From Macrostomum hystrix (lineage: Eukaryota > Animalia > Platyhelminthes): a stretch of 64,000 nucleotides of DNA. Below the pieces are notes generated by a model. It was not told where the DNA came from. It ran no database searches and saw only the letters and a program-made list of their open reading frames with translations. Positions 21,891 to 64,000 of the stretch are shown here, piece by piece; within the stretch, counting starts at the first letter, position 1, and the number at the start of each line of letters is the position of its first letter. The stretch spans positions 930,001-994,000 of the forward strand of contig CATNEN010000035.1 of NCBI GenBank assembly GCA_950097015.1, written 5' to 3'. The position numbers and the translations under genes were made by a program.

Positions 21891-22984
21891 CATGCAGTTA
21901 AATTGTATTCGTAAAACTTTAAAAGCTGGTATAGCACGGATCCAAAATACCCAATATCGTTATTATCCATAAATTTTTACCCACCATTTTTATGACACTC
22001 TTGTTCAAGCAAACAAAGAGGAAATAGGAAACTGAGATTAGTTTTCTCTTTAGCAATGTTCTTGGATCGGTTGTGGGGTGCAGGATCATAAAACTTGAAT
22101 TGTTTTCAGTCAGACATAATTTAAATATTCAACTATGCTGCCGTCCGTATTAAAACTAGCAATTTTCAAATATCTTTCAGCTGATTAACTGTCACCATGG
22201 AGAATAATCTTTGTGCTGATGTTAATACCCGACCGCAAACAATAGGAAAATAAAATTATTGCTTTTATTGTCTGGCTTCTTGAAAGGTTAAAGAGAATAC
22301 TTGTGTCTCTCTATTTCTCTCTGCTTGTTTCTTCTAAAAGCAGATGGAGCAGAACTAGATAAGTTGGAGAAATGAAATCAATTTATTACAATAGGAGCAT
22401 AAGTTATAGTCTTGTCTTGCTTACATCAGCAACTTATAGGCATGGATGACTTCTCATAGTGACATTTGCATCCTCACAGGATCTGTGTAACCGGGTGGCA
22501 ACACGCGGCTTGGCCTACGCAACCAGGCACAGACATTTATTATTGATTTGATTTGAAACACTCGCTCGGAAAAGCATGCCCAGTCACCGGGCTGGGCCCC
22601 GCTTAGAAATAAATAAGGAATTCAAATTAGCGGTTTCAACAATAACTGCTTGCTTTGATAGCTGAACAATCAGATTAGATTTTGATTTATGATTCTCTTT
22701 TAGTTTCACTTTGGCGTGGTCTAATGCGGCCATTGTTCCTGTTTCGCTTTGATTATGCTCTTATTTTTCTTTTTTCTTTTTTTTAACTATGCGTTATACC
22801 TGTAATTAGGCTTACGTTTTAAGATTCGTTGTTCTATAATTTTTTAAGTAGAACTTTATTAACTTCTGAATTCAAAAGCTGATAATTTGTCTAATCCTTA
22901 TACTGTCGTGAATCTGAGTACCGCTTTACCTATTACCTTTCTGTTCTACCTCTCACTCCCTCTCTCCCCTCGCATTCTCTTCCC

Positions 22985-23145
22985 CCTCGCATTGTCTCTC
23001 TCTTCCTCGCATTGTCTCTCTCTTCCTCGCATTGTCTCTCTCTTCCTCGCATTGTCTCTCTCTTCCTCGCATTGTCTCTCTCTTCCTCGCATTGTCTCTC
23101 TCTTCCTCGCATTGTCTCTCTCTTCCTCGCATTGTCTCTCTTCCT
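22985..23145. repeat. 20-bp tandem repeat (TCTTCCTCGCATTGTCTCTC)
   Basis: About 8 copies. Confidence 0.9.
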
Positions 23146-24109
23146 CTCATTGTTTTTTCTCCCGCCTCTACCTCTACCTCTAACTTGCTCTCTCTCCTCA
23201 ATGTCAGTCTTAAATATACTATTCGGTTACTCTCTAGTATTCGCGAGTCTTTGTCTTGGCGATTCAGTTTCCATAGGCAGAATTTAATCAATCCAACTAC
23301 GCAGATCAAATTTCTACTATAGTCTCATTTTAATGCCTTCACCAAGTTATTTTGTTGAAATGTACCGCCTACCATATCACTATTCTTTCTACATTCATTT
23401 GTGACGTGTGTGTGTGTTTTTTAAAGCTACCTGCATCCAGCTGGCCGCACCACCTGTCCATGCGTATTGTTCAGCTCGTGTTTGACATGCAATTTGGCGT
23501 GCCTCACAATGTGCCGACTATCTAAGGTTTTCCCCCTTGGCTCACACACACACTCTCTCTCACATTCTCTACTTCTCCTTTCTTGGCCTATTTCCTGAGT
23601 CGGTTGTGAAGTTGGGCATGTCTTTTGTGCTCGTATAAATTCACTCTCTCTCCATGACACTTGGGGGGCCTATATAGCTTCCTGTTCTCTGGGCCGACCC
23701 TAAATTCAATTGAAATGAAGGGGGTAGGTAGGAGAATTTCTCCCCTTCTCCTTTGCATTTGACACGATTCCCATGCGTATAGCATTACGTCATCGATGTC
23801 AGAGCATCTCGTTCACCCCCGTTCAGGTCGGGGCAGAGGGTCGTAAAGGAGGGCTTGGATTGCAGCGAATATGTTGTATTGTTGTATTTATATTCATCTA
23901 GCCATCCATATAAGTTTGACATGCTTTCAAATCCAATGCTGACCGATGATTGCAATGCTGTGGCAATATTCGACAACTCTTAGGGATTGTGTATCTTGGG
24001 GTCTGAGTTTTGGCCTTAGTAACTAAAAGCAGACCATTTTCCATCTTCTTTTAATTAGTCTACACAGAGTTGTGGATCACATCCGGCCAGCTTGAAATCT
24101 CGTGTAGTC

Positions 24110-24195
24110 AGGGCGATAAGTGGCAGATCGGTCTAACGCGTTTGCCTCTCGCACCAAGGTCCCTGAGCTCGATTCCGCGGCGAGGCCGACATCCT
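24110..24195 (+). mobile_element. Head of a second tRNA-like SINE family (related copy at about 38280-38490)
   Basis: A-box-like TGGCAGATCGG. CCTGAGCTCGATTC..GCGGCGAGGCC is shared with 38323-38350. Confidence 0.5.
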
Positions 24196-24200
24196 TTGAA

Positions 24201-24509
24201 GAGGAGGGTTAGCCTAGTGGTTAGAACGTCGGACTAAAAGCTTGAAGGTCGGGGGTTCGATTCCTGACCCCACTGATACAGTTTGTGTCCTTTAGCAAGG
24301 CACTTAACTGTGCATTGCTTCAGTTCACCCAGCTGTTAAATGGGTTCCAGCATCAGCTGGGGTAATTTAGGGTGGGTGTGGCATCTCCCCAGTCCATGGA
24401 CTGAACAGCCGTACGCAGCCTTCAGATGCGCCGCGCAATAGCTGCGGCTGTGCTGTCGGCTGCACGCCTGGCTTTATTGGGGCAGGTGTAATCAATTATT
24501 ATTATTATT
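24201..24509 (+). mobile_element. tRNA-derived CORE-type SINE, copy 2 (3' fragment also at about 27825-27900)
   Basis: Collinear with 14461-14775; A/B boxes, CORE-like segment and (ATT)n tail. Confidence 0.8.
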
Positions 24510-24950
24510 TGCTTTGTACTAGTCTTCGGTGAGGGCATAAGCTAAGGGTTACGTGATAGATGAATTCCCATAACGAGTATTAGAAGTTTAAAGCGCCGAC
24601 AAACAGTTGTGAACAATGGCCAGGCCTAGGACAACTCTGATTGGCCCTGCCTGACCATTGGACCTCGGCTTGGTCGTCTTGGGTGGGGGTTGGGGGGCAA
24701 TCAGTTTTCTAGACCTCTGCCGCCTCTCTCCTGTGCAATAGCCAGTGTTGTTGGCACACAGAGCCTTGCTATACTGACACATTATTCACTGAGGAAGAAG
24801 AACCTTTGACGCACACTGAAGCTAGAGCTGTCCATTGTTCAGTCGTCAAAACAATGGGATAGACACAGATATTTTATTTCATTTGACAACTGTAAGTTTC
24901 AATATTGATAAACGGATTAATTAGCTGATCTGTGAGCAGTGCTCATTGCT

Positions 24951-56442
<31,492 letters not shown>

Positions 56443-56551
56443 GCAGCACACGGAATTCGCCCTAGCAGCTGCTAGCTGTGCGACATGCGCCATCTGTCAC
56501 TTAAACCGCCGCGTTCTACTATTCTGTTGATATCTAGTGCACAGTTCCTAT

Positions 56552-56990
56552 TGACACTCCACTGCCACTCCTGACACCCCACGTCCCTTCTGACACTCCA
56601 CTGCCACTCCTGACACCCCATGTCCCTTCTGACACTCCACTGCCTCTCCTGACACCCCATGTCCCTTCTGACACTCCACTGCCTCTCCTGACACCCCATG
56701 TCCCTTCTGACACTCCACTGCCTCTTCTGACACCCCATGTCCCTTCTGACACTCCACTGCCACTCCTGACACCCCATGTCCCTTCTGACACTCCACTGCC
56801 TCTCCTGACACCCCATGTCCCTTCTGACACTCCACTGCCTCTCCTGACACCCCATGTCCCTTCTGACACTCCACTGCCTCTCCTGACACCCCATGTCCCT
56901 TCTGACACTCCACTGCTTCTCCTGACACCCCATGTCCCTTCTGACACTCCACTGCCTCTCCTGACACCCCACGTCACTCCTGACACCCTG
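56552..56990. repeat. 39-bp minisatellite (TGACACTCCACTGCCTCTCCTGACACCCCATGTCCCTTC)
   Basis: About 11 copies. Confidence 0.93.
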
Positions 56991-59938
56991 CCTGATACTC
57001 CAGTATCTCCCCTTACATTCTTTTTATCTCACCGTCTTCCCGGATCATGCCGCATTCGACACGCATAATTTTCAAGCCTTGCAAGACATTGACTCCTTAC
57101 TGCTTGGGCTGCCTTGGTTCGCCATCGAAGTCCGAAGTTGTTTTAGTCCCTCGATTGGCAGTTTAGTTTCTTAAATGATCTAGGTCGTGAGTTCGACTTC
57201 CGAACTCAGCCAGTGAGATGTTCGCTGCTGATCTCATCCAATTTTATTCTATTTTCACGACGCTTTTATTGTCTCCGGAACTGCAGGTTAAATCTGACCG
57301 CCAAGTTCCGCTAGTCCCCATCTTGACTTGCTGCAAAGTGAAAGCATTTTGAAATTCAAGGAAAATTTCCTTTTTTAATCAGCATCCGCGATTTCTGTAG
57401 TGAGAAACCGAATGCAAAAAAGGTAGCACTTGCGCCCTCCTTGTCGCTTCTGTCGCTTGTGTCCTACGCTCTCTAAGAAATGTAACTAACTCCTGTTTAA
57501 CTAGTCTTTGCAATTTTAAACTGGCGCCAAGATTGCTCTCGTGCATTGGCGCGATTTCAAATTTCAAATATTAACAGTGTTTGCTAATAAACTATCTTTG
57601 AAAATAGGCTATCGAACGATGTTGAGTTTTTGGAGTTGTGATAGAATTGATGTCTTATATAAATGCATAGAATGACTGTATCTTTTTAATATTCGCTTCG
57701 ATAATATTTTGCTTTTAGTCAAATTTGCTTAAACTTCTGTTTTTTATTCTTTCTTAAATCTTTCGCGGCAATTCATAATTCGCTTTTGGGGCATTGCGAG
57801 AGTACATTCTCGCCCTGGTCAGTTTTTTTCCTTTTAAAGTCTTATTAATTTTGAGCAATGTTTCACCCAGCTGTCTCATTATTTGCCTCTATTTTCCATA
57901 ATCAATTGCCACATCCTGCGCTTTGCTTGTGGTTGCCTAGCACATACTGCAATCGCCTTAAATATTGAATACGATTGCCTACATGATGATATATATCTGA
58001 GCTATATTTATCTACTTGCATGTTAAATGTGTATTTCCTACGAGTACAACTTAGACTTGTGACTGTCTATAACACACACAAATATAAACCGAAGACTATG
58101 AAATATTGCTTACTTTCTCTTGTTGCCAGATGATCGCTTAGTGCAGTTGTTGCACAGTTAAATTCACAGTCCAAAGTTGCAGTTTAATGCGATCTGCTAC
58201 GGTTGCACTACTTGTTAGTAGAACGTTTGATGGTTTTACTACCTACTTCATTGTTTCTTTAAAACCTGTTTCAGTGAAGCACGTGGCTTTATTTTAGATT
58301 TTATTTAATAGAGGTATTTTTAGGCTCGTGCGATACTACTGACCTATTTCATCAGTAGCGAGTCGGCCAACGGTTGTCAAGGCGGTGTTTCTTGTTTCTA
58401 CGCCCCCTCTCTCACCATAGGGCGGGCTAGATCTCTCTTTCTCTCCTCATTGCCCTTCAACCCTCGGTGAGCAGGAATTTGTACGAAGGTTGTAAAAAAA
58501 GAAAATGCTTTCATCTCACTGCTCACTTCTCTCGTGTACAGCGTGTTGTCCTTGGTTACCCCCAGTTTAACTACTATTGCGGCTGAGGCGGAGGGTAGGG
58601 TTGGAATTACCTCCTAATATTTAAGCAACCGCACAGCATATGTACATGCGCATGCGTGTCTTTAGCTGCCCTCGAAACAGGCGGTTGCTGTATGCTGTGT
58701 TTTGTAAGCAAACTTGTCCCCGCCACCCATGGAAACCGTGGCTTCCCCCAACAGCAACTTTCACGTGATTGAACTATCGTGTAAAATAAGGGGATTCGAA
58801 GCTCATTATCTCGCTCCAATATATGTATCTTTCGTTTTCTAAAACAAAGTAAGATGGTACAGCAATCAAGGATGTCCCTTTTCTGAATTAAGAAAATTAC
58901 CGTTCAACTTGGAAGCTTCTCGCGCACAATGGAACTAAATTTAGAATGTGTTCATTATAACACATTTAGAGTGTTTGAGTTAATTGATATATATATATAT
59001 ATATCATATTGTCTATTGGACAATATATATTAGCCTAGTATAGAAAGAATTTGCTAAATGAGCTGATTTAATTAGATACCAAATTTCTGTCTGTTTTCCC
59101 GGGAAGGGGCTAAAATAGCTAGTTAGTATACTAACAATTCAGTGAATGTAATGTAAATTCCTCTAATAATAATATTAAGGTTAGAGCAATAGTATATTTT
59201 GAAGTTTGTCATATCAGTAGTACATTTTTTCATAAAAAATATAGCGGTATTCAAACACGAGAGGCGAATGAAGCAACAAAAGAACAGAACAAGAACCCAA
59301 TTAATATCATGCTTAGAATAAAATTCTCATAGTTGCCCTGAAACCCGATTCCATCAGACAATTCTAATCCGCTCGCTGGCGTTATTTCAAAATTAAACAA
59401 TTATACGACAACAGATTAACAAAGCAATTCACGAATACAACTTTTGTGAGTAAGTTTGCGGCAATCGAAATCGAAAAATAATAATTTTGTGGCCGCAAAT
59501 TTTCATGGAGACAGGAAAGGATTAAAGGATCAGGGACAAGAGAGTGGACAGAGCGAGCAGAAGAGGTACGAAAGAGCTCAGTCGTTCGTCTCCTCACGAA
59601 AATGGTTCATCTTTCGTGATTTCTGTTATAAACTAGAATTGATATCAACATTCCTGATTTGCAGTGAAATCGCTCATCGAAAAGGTAGCAGATTTTATAG
59701 GCTTGTAGATAGAATAGTCAGTTTGTGAATGCATGGTTGACAGGCGATCGATCTTAACAATAGCACGACTGGCTTCTTCAAACTCGGGACTATGGGCGAT
59801 GGCGAAGGCTGCTAGCTGCTGCTGCTGCTGCTGCTGCTGCTGTTTCGACTAAGAGAGCGGGATAGACTTATCAGTAGAACGGACAATGGGGAGTCGTAGA
59901 GGGGAACGCCGGGAGGTCGGGCAGGGGCTGGGCGAGTT

Positions 59939-61219
59939 TCAGACATTCGGCTGCACTGCGGACTTGTCACCGGCCTTCTGGCTGACGGGCAAGTAGAGCT
60001 TGAACTCGGCTGGCAGCTCGTCCTCGCTATAGAGGCGGTCGCAGAAGTACACCCGCCTGATGCGGCAGTTGGCGTGGATCTGTTCGGGTGAGGCGATGTA
60101 AAGTTTTAGGCAAGTTCCAATAGACTTGGCTTGTGCTGTTGATACTTAAAACAAAACAGCACTAGCTCTCACCTGGATTCTCAGTGTCTCAATGTAGTTC
60201 GTGCCGTAGGCTCGCCTAGTGAAGTCTGACAGGTTGAACTGGATCTGATTCCAGCCCTCGTCCAGGCGCATTGGCATGGTGCAGATAAACGGCTTCACTC
60301 GCGTTGTGCTCTGATAGTTGGAGGCTCGGAAACGGCGTCTGACGTTCTTGTCGTCCAGGATCTGCGAGTCGAAATTGAAGCGGAATTTAGAACTTTGTAT
60401 AAAAACAGATCGACCGTTTTATACGTGATTTTATGCTTTGATTAATAATATGCATTTTTGTTATAAGCATCCGGTGCTAAGGGTTTTCTGGTGCACATTT
60501 GATAGCTTCAGTGTATTTAATTACCTGCACTTCAAAGGTGAAGTACTTCTTCAGATTCTTGATGATCATCACCAGGAACGGCAGCTTGATGCCGAGAGTC
60601 TTTTTTGGATCAGCGGGGCATGTGATGAAGGTTGTGCTGACGTTGGTGCCGACTATCTCCAAGACAAGCGATTGGATGTCATTGTCTGTGATCCGCTTGA
60701 TGTGCCCATTTCTGACCTGCGGGAGTTAAAAACAAACGGTGTGTTCACAGATCTTCGAGTCGGGAGTTAAAACAGCCAGATATATAAAAATCATTGGATA
60801 AACACATTAAAGTAATTTCTAAATTAAAATAATAAAATAACTGTATATTATTGATATTAAACATTTATTTCCATCTTCTCCTTATGACTAATATAAGGAA
60901 TTAAAAACAAGTATATGCCTCTAAAAAGAAAGGCAAAAGAAATGTGAAAACTTTCAAAAATCATAACTCTTCTCTAGTTAATTTATTACTTAAGTTTCCA
61001 GTTATGGTACAATTGTATACTTCCTATTTAAAGCAATACTATTAAGCTAGTCCGTAGTCTAGAAACAAATTCGTTTCCATTTCAAGAGTTTTACTTATAA
61101 GTAACGGAAACAAACTAAAAAAATACTTTAATTACCTTCTTGTCCCATATCATCAATGGCTTACTTCCGATACTGTATAATACTGAGAGAAATCCGCTCT
61201 GGAAGGTGTTCTTGAACAT
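59939..61219 (-). CDS. CFAP20: Cilia- and flagella-associated protein 20 (BUG22); exons 61219-61136, 60716-60525, 60361-60173, 60079-59939; 201 aa
   Basis: [22 protein letters not shown]...[64 protein letters not shown]...[32 protein letters not shown]. Three phase-0 GT-AG introns. Confidence 0.98.
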
Positions 61220-62138
61220 TTTAAACTTAATGTGCTATCCACGCTCAAGTCACAAAAGTTAGCAGCTCCGATATTATTGTATATTCGATTTTGTCGTCAA
61301 TTAGAGTTAAAGAAAGAGCTATGTTGGGAAGGAGAATTTTTTTTAATCTACCACTGTAGAGAATTTAAAATATCGCCTTCGTCGTCAATGGTTTCAAAGA
61401 CTGCAAACAGTGCAAGAATACTCGTTGCCATACAAAGTAGTTCCAGTCTGCATCGATTACTTTTCGTTCTATATTAGATTACTTATTTAATTGTTCTTAT
61501 CAAAATTATAATAATTTTATAGATTTGTAGTATTTAAACTTTTTTAATTAAAAGAAGAGTTACAATTAATATAAAGTCACTATTTTATTTACCTGTTAAA
61601 AGCCGTAAAAACGTGAATAAGTTCTTGTCTTGTCTTGTCTAAGTCAAATCGCGTATCTACTAAGCCAATGATAAATAGAAAAAAGTGAGGATTCATGAAT
61701 AATGCGTTCTAATATTCGTTGAAGGAACATGTTTAGCAAGACATATTAAAAGAACAGCATTGGATCTGCTTCCAAAAAGTGTTATCAACATATGAATGTG
61801 AAGCTGAACGTGAAAAATTTCAATCTCGCTAGTGCATTTTTCTGTGAAAATCTGCCTTTAATAAATTTTACAAGAAACGAAGTCTCCCCGTCCCTGTTCT
61901 TCTAGAGGTCCTTGGATCAAAGTTCCATTCTTGCTCAAAAGGTCAAAAGCTCAAAGGTCAAAATTAATTATCACTTCTTGTTGGCTAAAATGAAAGTTTT
62001 CTACTCACTTCGTTGCCTTTTTGGCCAACATCAAAGCAAGGACCTCTGTTAGTAAAACATAACTTAGTTAGGCTACAGTGGTCCTTGAATCAAAGTCACT
62101 GAACTCTCACTTCTCCGAGAAGTAACATGAACTAAAAA

Positions 62139-62310
62139 TGATCTTAAACAATAATACTGAGAAGAGGCATGATCTTTATCCACTAAGGCTTAGAAACAAC
62201 ATGACCTAATGATCTTAAACAATAATGCCGAGAAGCGAGATAACAAGATGTTTTTAGCTAGTCGAGAAAGAAGAGAAGCGACACCAACCATTGATCTTAA
62301 TAACTACTAA
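62139..62310 (-). repeat. Cluster of degenerate U2-5'-derived units
   Basis: Minus strand has TCGCTTCTCGGCATTATTGTTTAAGATCA, GTTTCTAAGCCTTAGTGGATAAAGATCA, CTTCTCAGTATTATTGTTTAAGATCA and TAAGATCAATGGTTGGTGTCGCTTCTC. Confidence 0.65.
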
Positions 62311-62394
62311 GGACAAAATTGGCAATTCATTACCTAATGATCCCAGCCACTAATTAAGGACTATACCTATACTTTGTCGAAAATACAGAGACGC

Positions 62395-62577
62395 GTAATC
62401 AGTAGCTGTAATCAGTAGCTGTAATCAGTAGCTGTAATCAGTAGCTGTAATCAGTAGCTGTAATCAGTAGCTGTAATCAGTAGCTGTAATCAGTAGCTGT
62501 AATCAGTAGCTGTAATCAGTAGCTGTAATCAGTAGCTGTAATCAGTAGCTGTAATCAGTAGCTGTAATCAGTAGCTG
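62395..62577. repeat. 13-bp perfect tandem repeat (GTAATCAGTAGCT)
   Basis: About 14 identical copies. Confidence 0.95.
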
Positions 62578-62712
62578 AAAATCGACACCCCATATGAGTT
62601 TATTAGCTAAAACGACGCCCCTCTTTAGTTTTATCGAGTAAGGCTTAGAGGCGACACGGCCAATAAATTTAGAGACACTTCGAGGTCTTTGCTCGAAATG
62701 CCAAGAATGTTT

Positions 62713-64000
62713 TGAGCTACCCTGCAGCTGTGAGCTACCCTGCAGCTGTGAGCTACCCTGCAGCTGTGAGCTACCCTGCAGCTGTGAGCTACCCTGCAGC
62801 TGTGAGCTACCCTGCAGCTGTGAGCTACCCTGCAGCTGTGAGCTACCCTGCAGCTGTGAGCTACCCTGCAGCTGTGAGCTACCCTGCAGCTGTGAGCTAC
62901 CCTGCAGCTGTGAGCTACCCTGCAGCTGTGAGCTACCCTGCAGCTGTGAGCTACATTGCAGCTGTGAGCTACCCTGCAGCTGTGAGCTACCCTGCAGCTG
63001 TGAGCTACATTGCAGCTGTGAGCTACCCTGCAGCTGTGAGCTACCCTGCAGCTGTGAGCTACCCTGCAGCTGTGAGCTACCCTGCAGCTGTGAGCTACCC
63101 TGCAGCTGTGAGCTACCCTGCAGCTGTGAGCTACATTGCAGCTGTGAGCTACATTGCAGCTGTGAGCTACATTGCAGCTGTGAGCTACATTGCAGCTGTG
63201 AGCTACATTGCAGCTGTGAGCTACCCTGCAGCTGTGAGCTACATTGCAGCTGTGAGCTACATTGCAGCTGTGAGCTACCCTGCAGCTGTGAGCTACCCTG
63301 CAGCTGTGAGCTACCCTGCAGCTGTGAGCTACCCTGCAGCTGTGAGCTACCCTGCAGCTGTGAGCTACCCTGCAGCTGTGAGCTACCCTGCAGCTGTGAG
63401 CTACCCTGCAGCTGTGAGCTACCCTGCAGCTGTGAGCTACCCTGCAGCTGTGAGCTACATTGCAGCTGTGAGCTACCCTGCAGCTGTGAGCTACCCTGCA
63501 GCTGTGAGCTACCCTGCAGCTGTGAGCTACCCTGCAGCTGTGAGCTACCCTGCAGCTGTGAGCTACCCTGCAGCTGTGAGCTACCCTGCAGCTGTGAGCT
63601 ACCCTGCAGCTGTGAGCTACATTGCAGCTGTGAGCTACATTGCAGCTGTGAGCTACATTGCAGCTGTGAGCTACATTGCAGCTGTGAGCTACATTGCAGC
63701 TGTGAGCTACCCTGCAGCTGTGAGCTACCCTGCAGCTGTGAGCTACCCTGCAGCTGTGAGCTACCCTGCAGCTGTGAGCTACCCTGCAGCTGTGAGCTAC
63801 CCTGCAGCTGTGAGCTACCCTGCAGCTGTGAGCTACCCTGCAGCTGTGAGCTACCCTGCAGCTGTGAGCTACCCTGCAGCTGTGAGCTACCCTGCAGCTG
63901 TCAGCTACCCTGCAGCTGTGAGCTACCCTGCAGCTGTGAGCTACCCTGCAGCTGTGAGCTACCCTGCAGCTGTGAGCTACCCTGCAGCTGTGAGCTACAT
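62713..64000. repeat. 18-bp satellite (GAGCTACCCTGCAGCTGT, variant GAGCTACATTGCAGCTGT), runs off the window end
   Basis: About 70 copies with two variants in blocks. Confidence 0.95.

Overview
Repeat-rich animal genomic DNA with short GT-AG introns, GC-rich polyQ/polyA exons and many minisatellites. It resembles a Macrostomum-like flatworm, but that identity is only an inference. (1) 1-13 kb is a nested retroelement patchwork built around U2 snRNA sequence. It holds one full U2 gene (1532-1715, minus) with a non-canonical branch-recognition hexamer, and Utopia-like RLE retrotransposon remnants, one with its 3' end joined to U2 nt 41. It also holds two copies of an apparently different LINE family whose ORF1 carries an ALKBH2/3-type AlkB domain and whose ends sit on U2 nt 9-23. 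Other pieces are tandem U2-5'-derived units, Gypsy integrase fragments and an Ingi-like element with an HDV-like ribozyme fold and a 2A-like peptide. (2) A SynGAP/DAB2IP/RASAL2-family RasGAP gene (about 24951-56442, plus; 10 exons joined in phase) has introns filled with unrelated satellites. (3) A complete four-exon CFAP20 gene (59939-61219, minus). (4) CORE-type tRNA SINEs and about 17 tandem-repeat arrays, which explain all the very long ORFs in the track. Best candidate for an undescribed system: an AlkB-encoding LINE that inserts at U2 stem-loop I. All alignments were done by eye; no searches were run.
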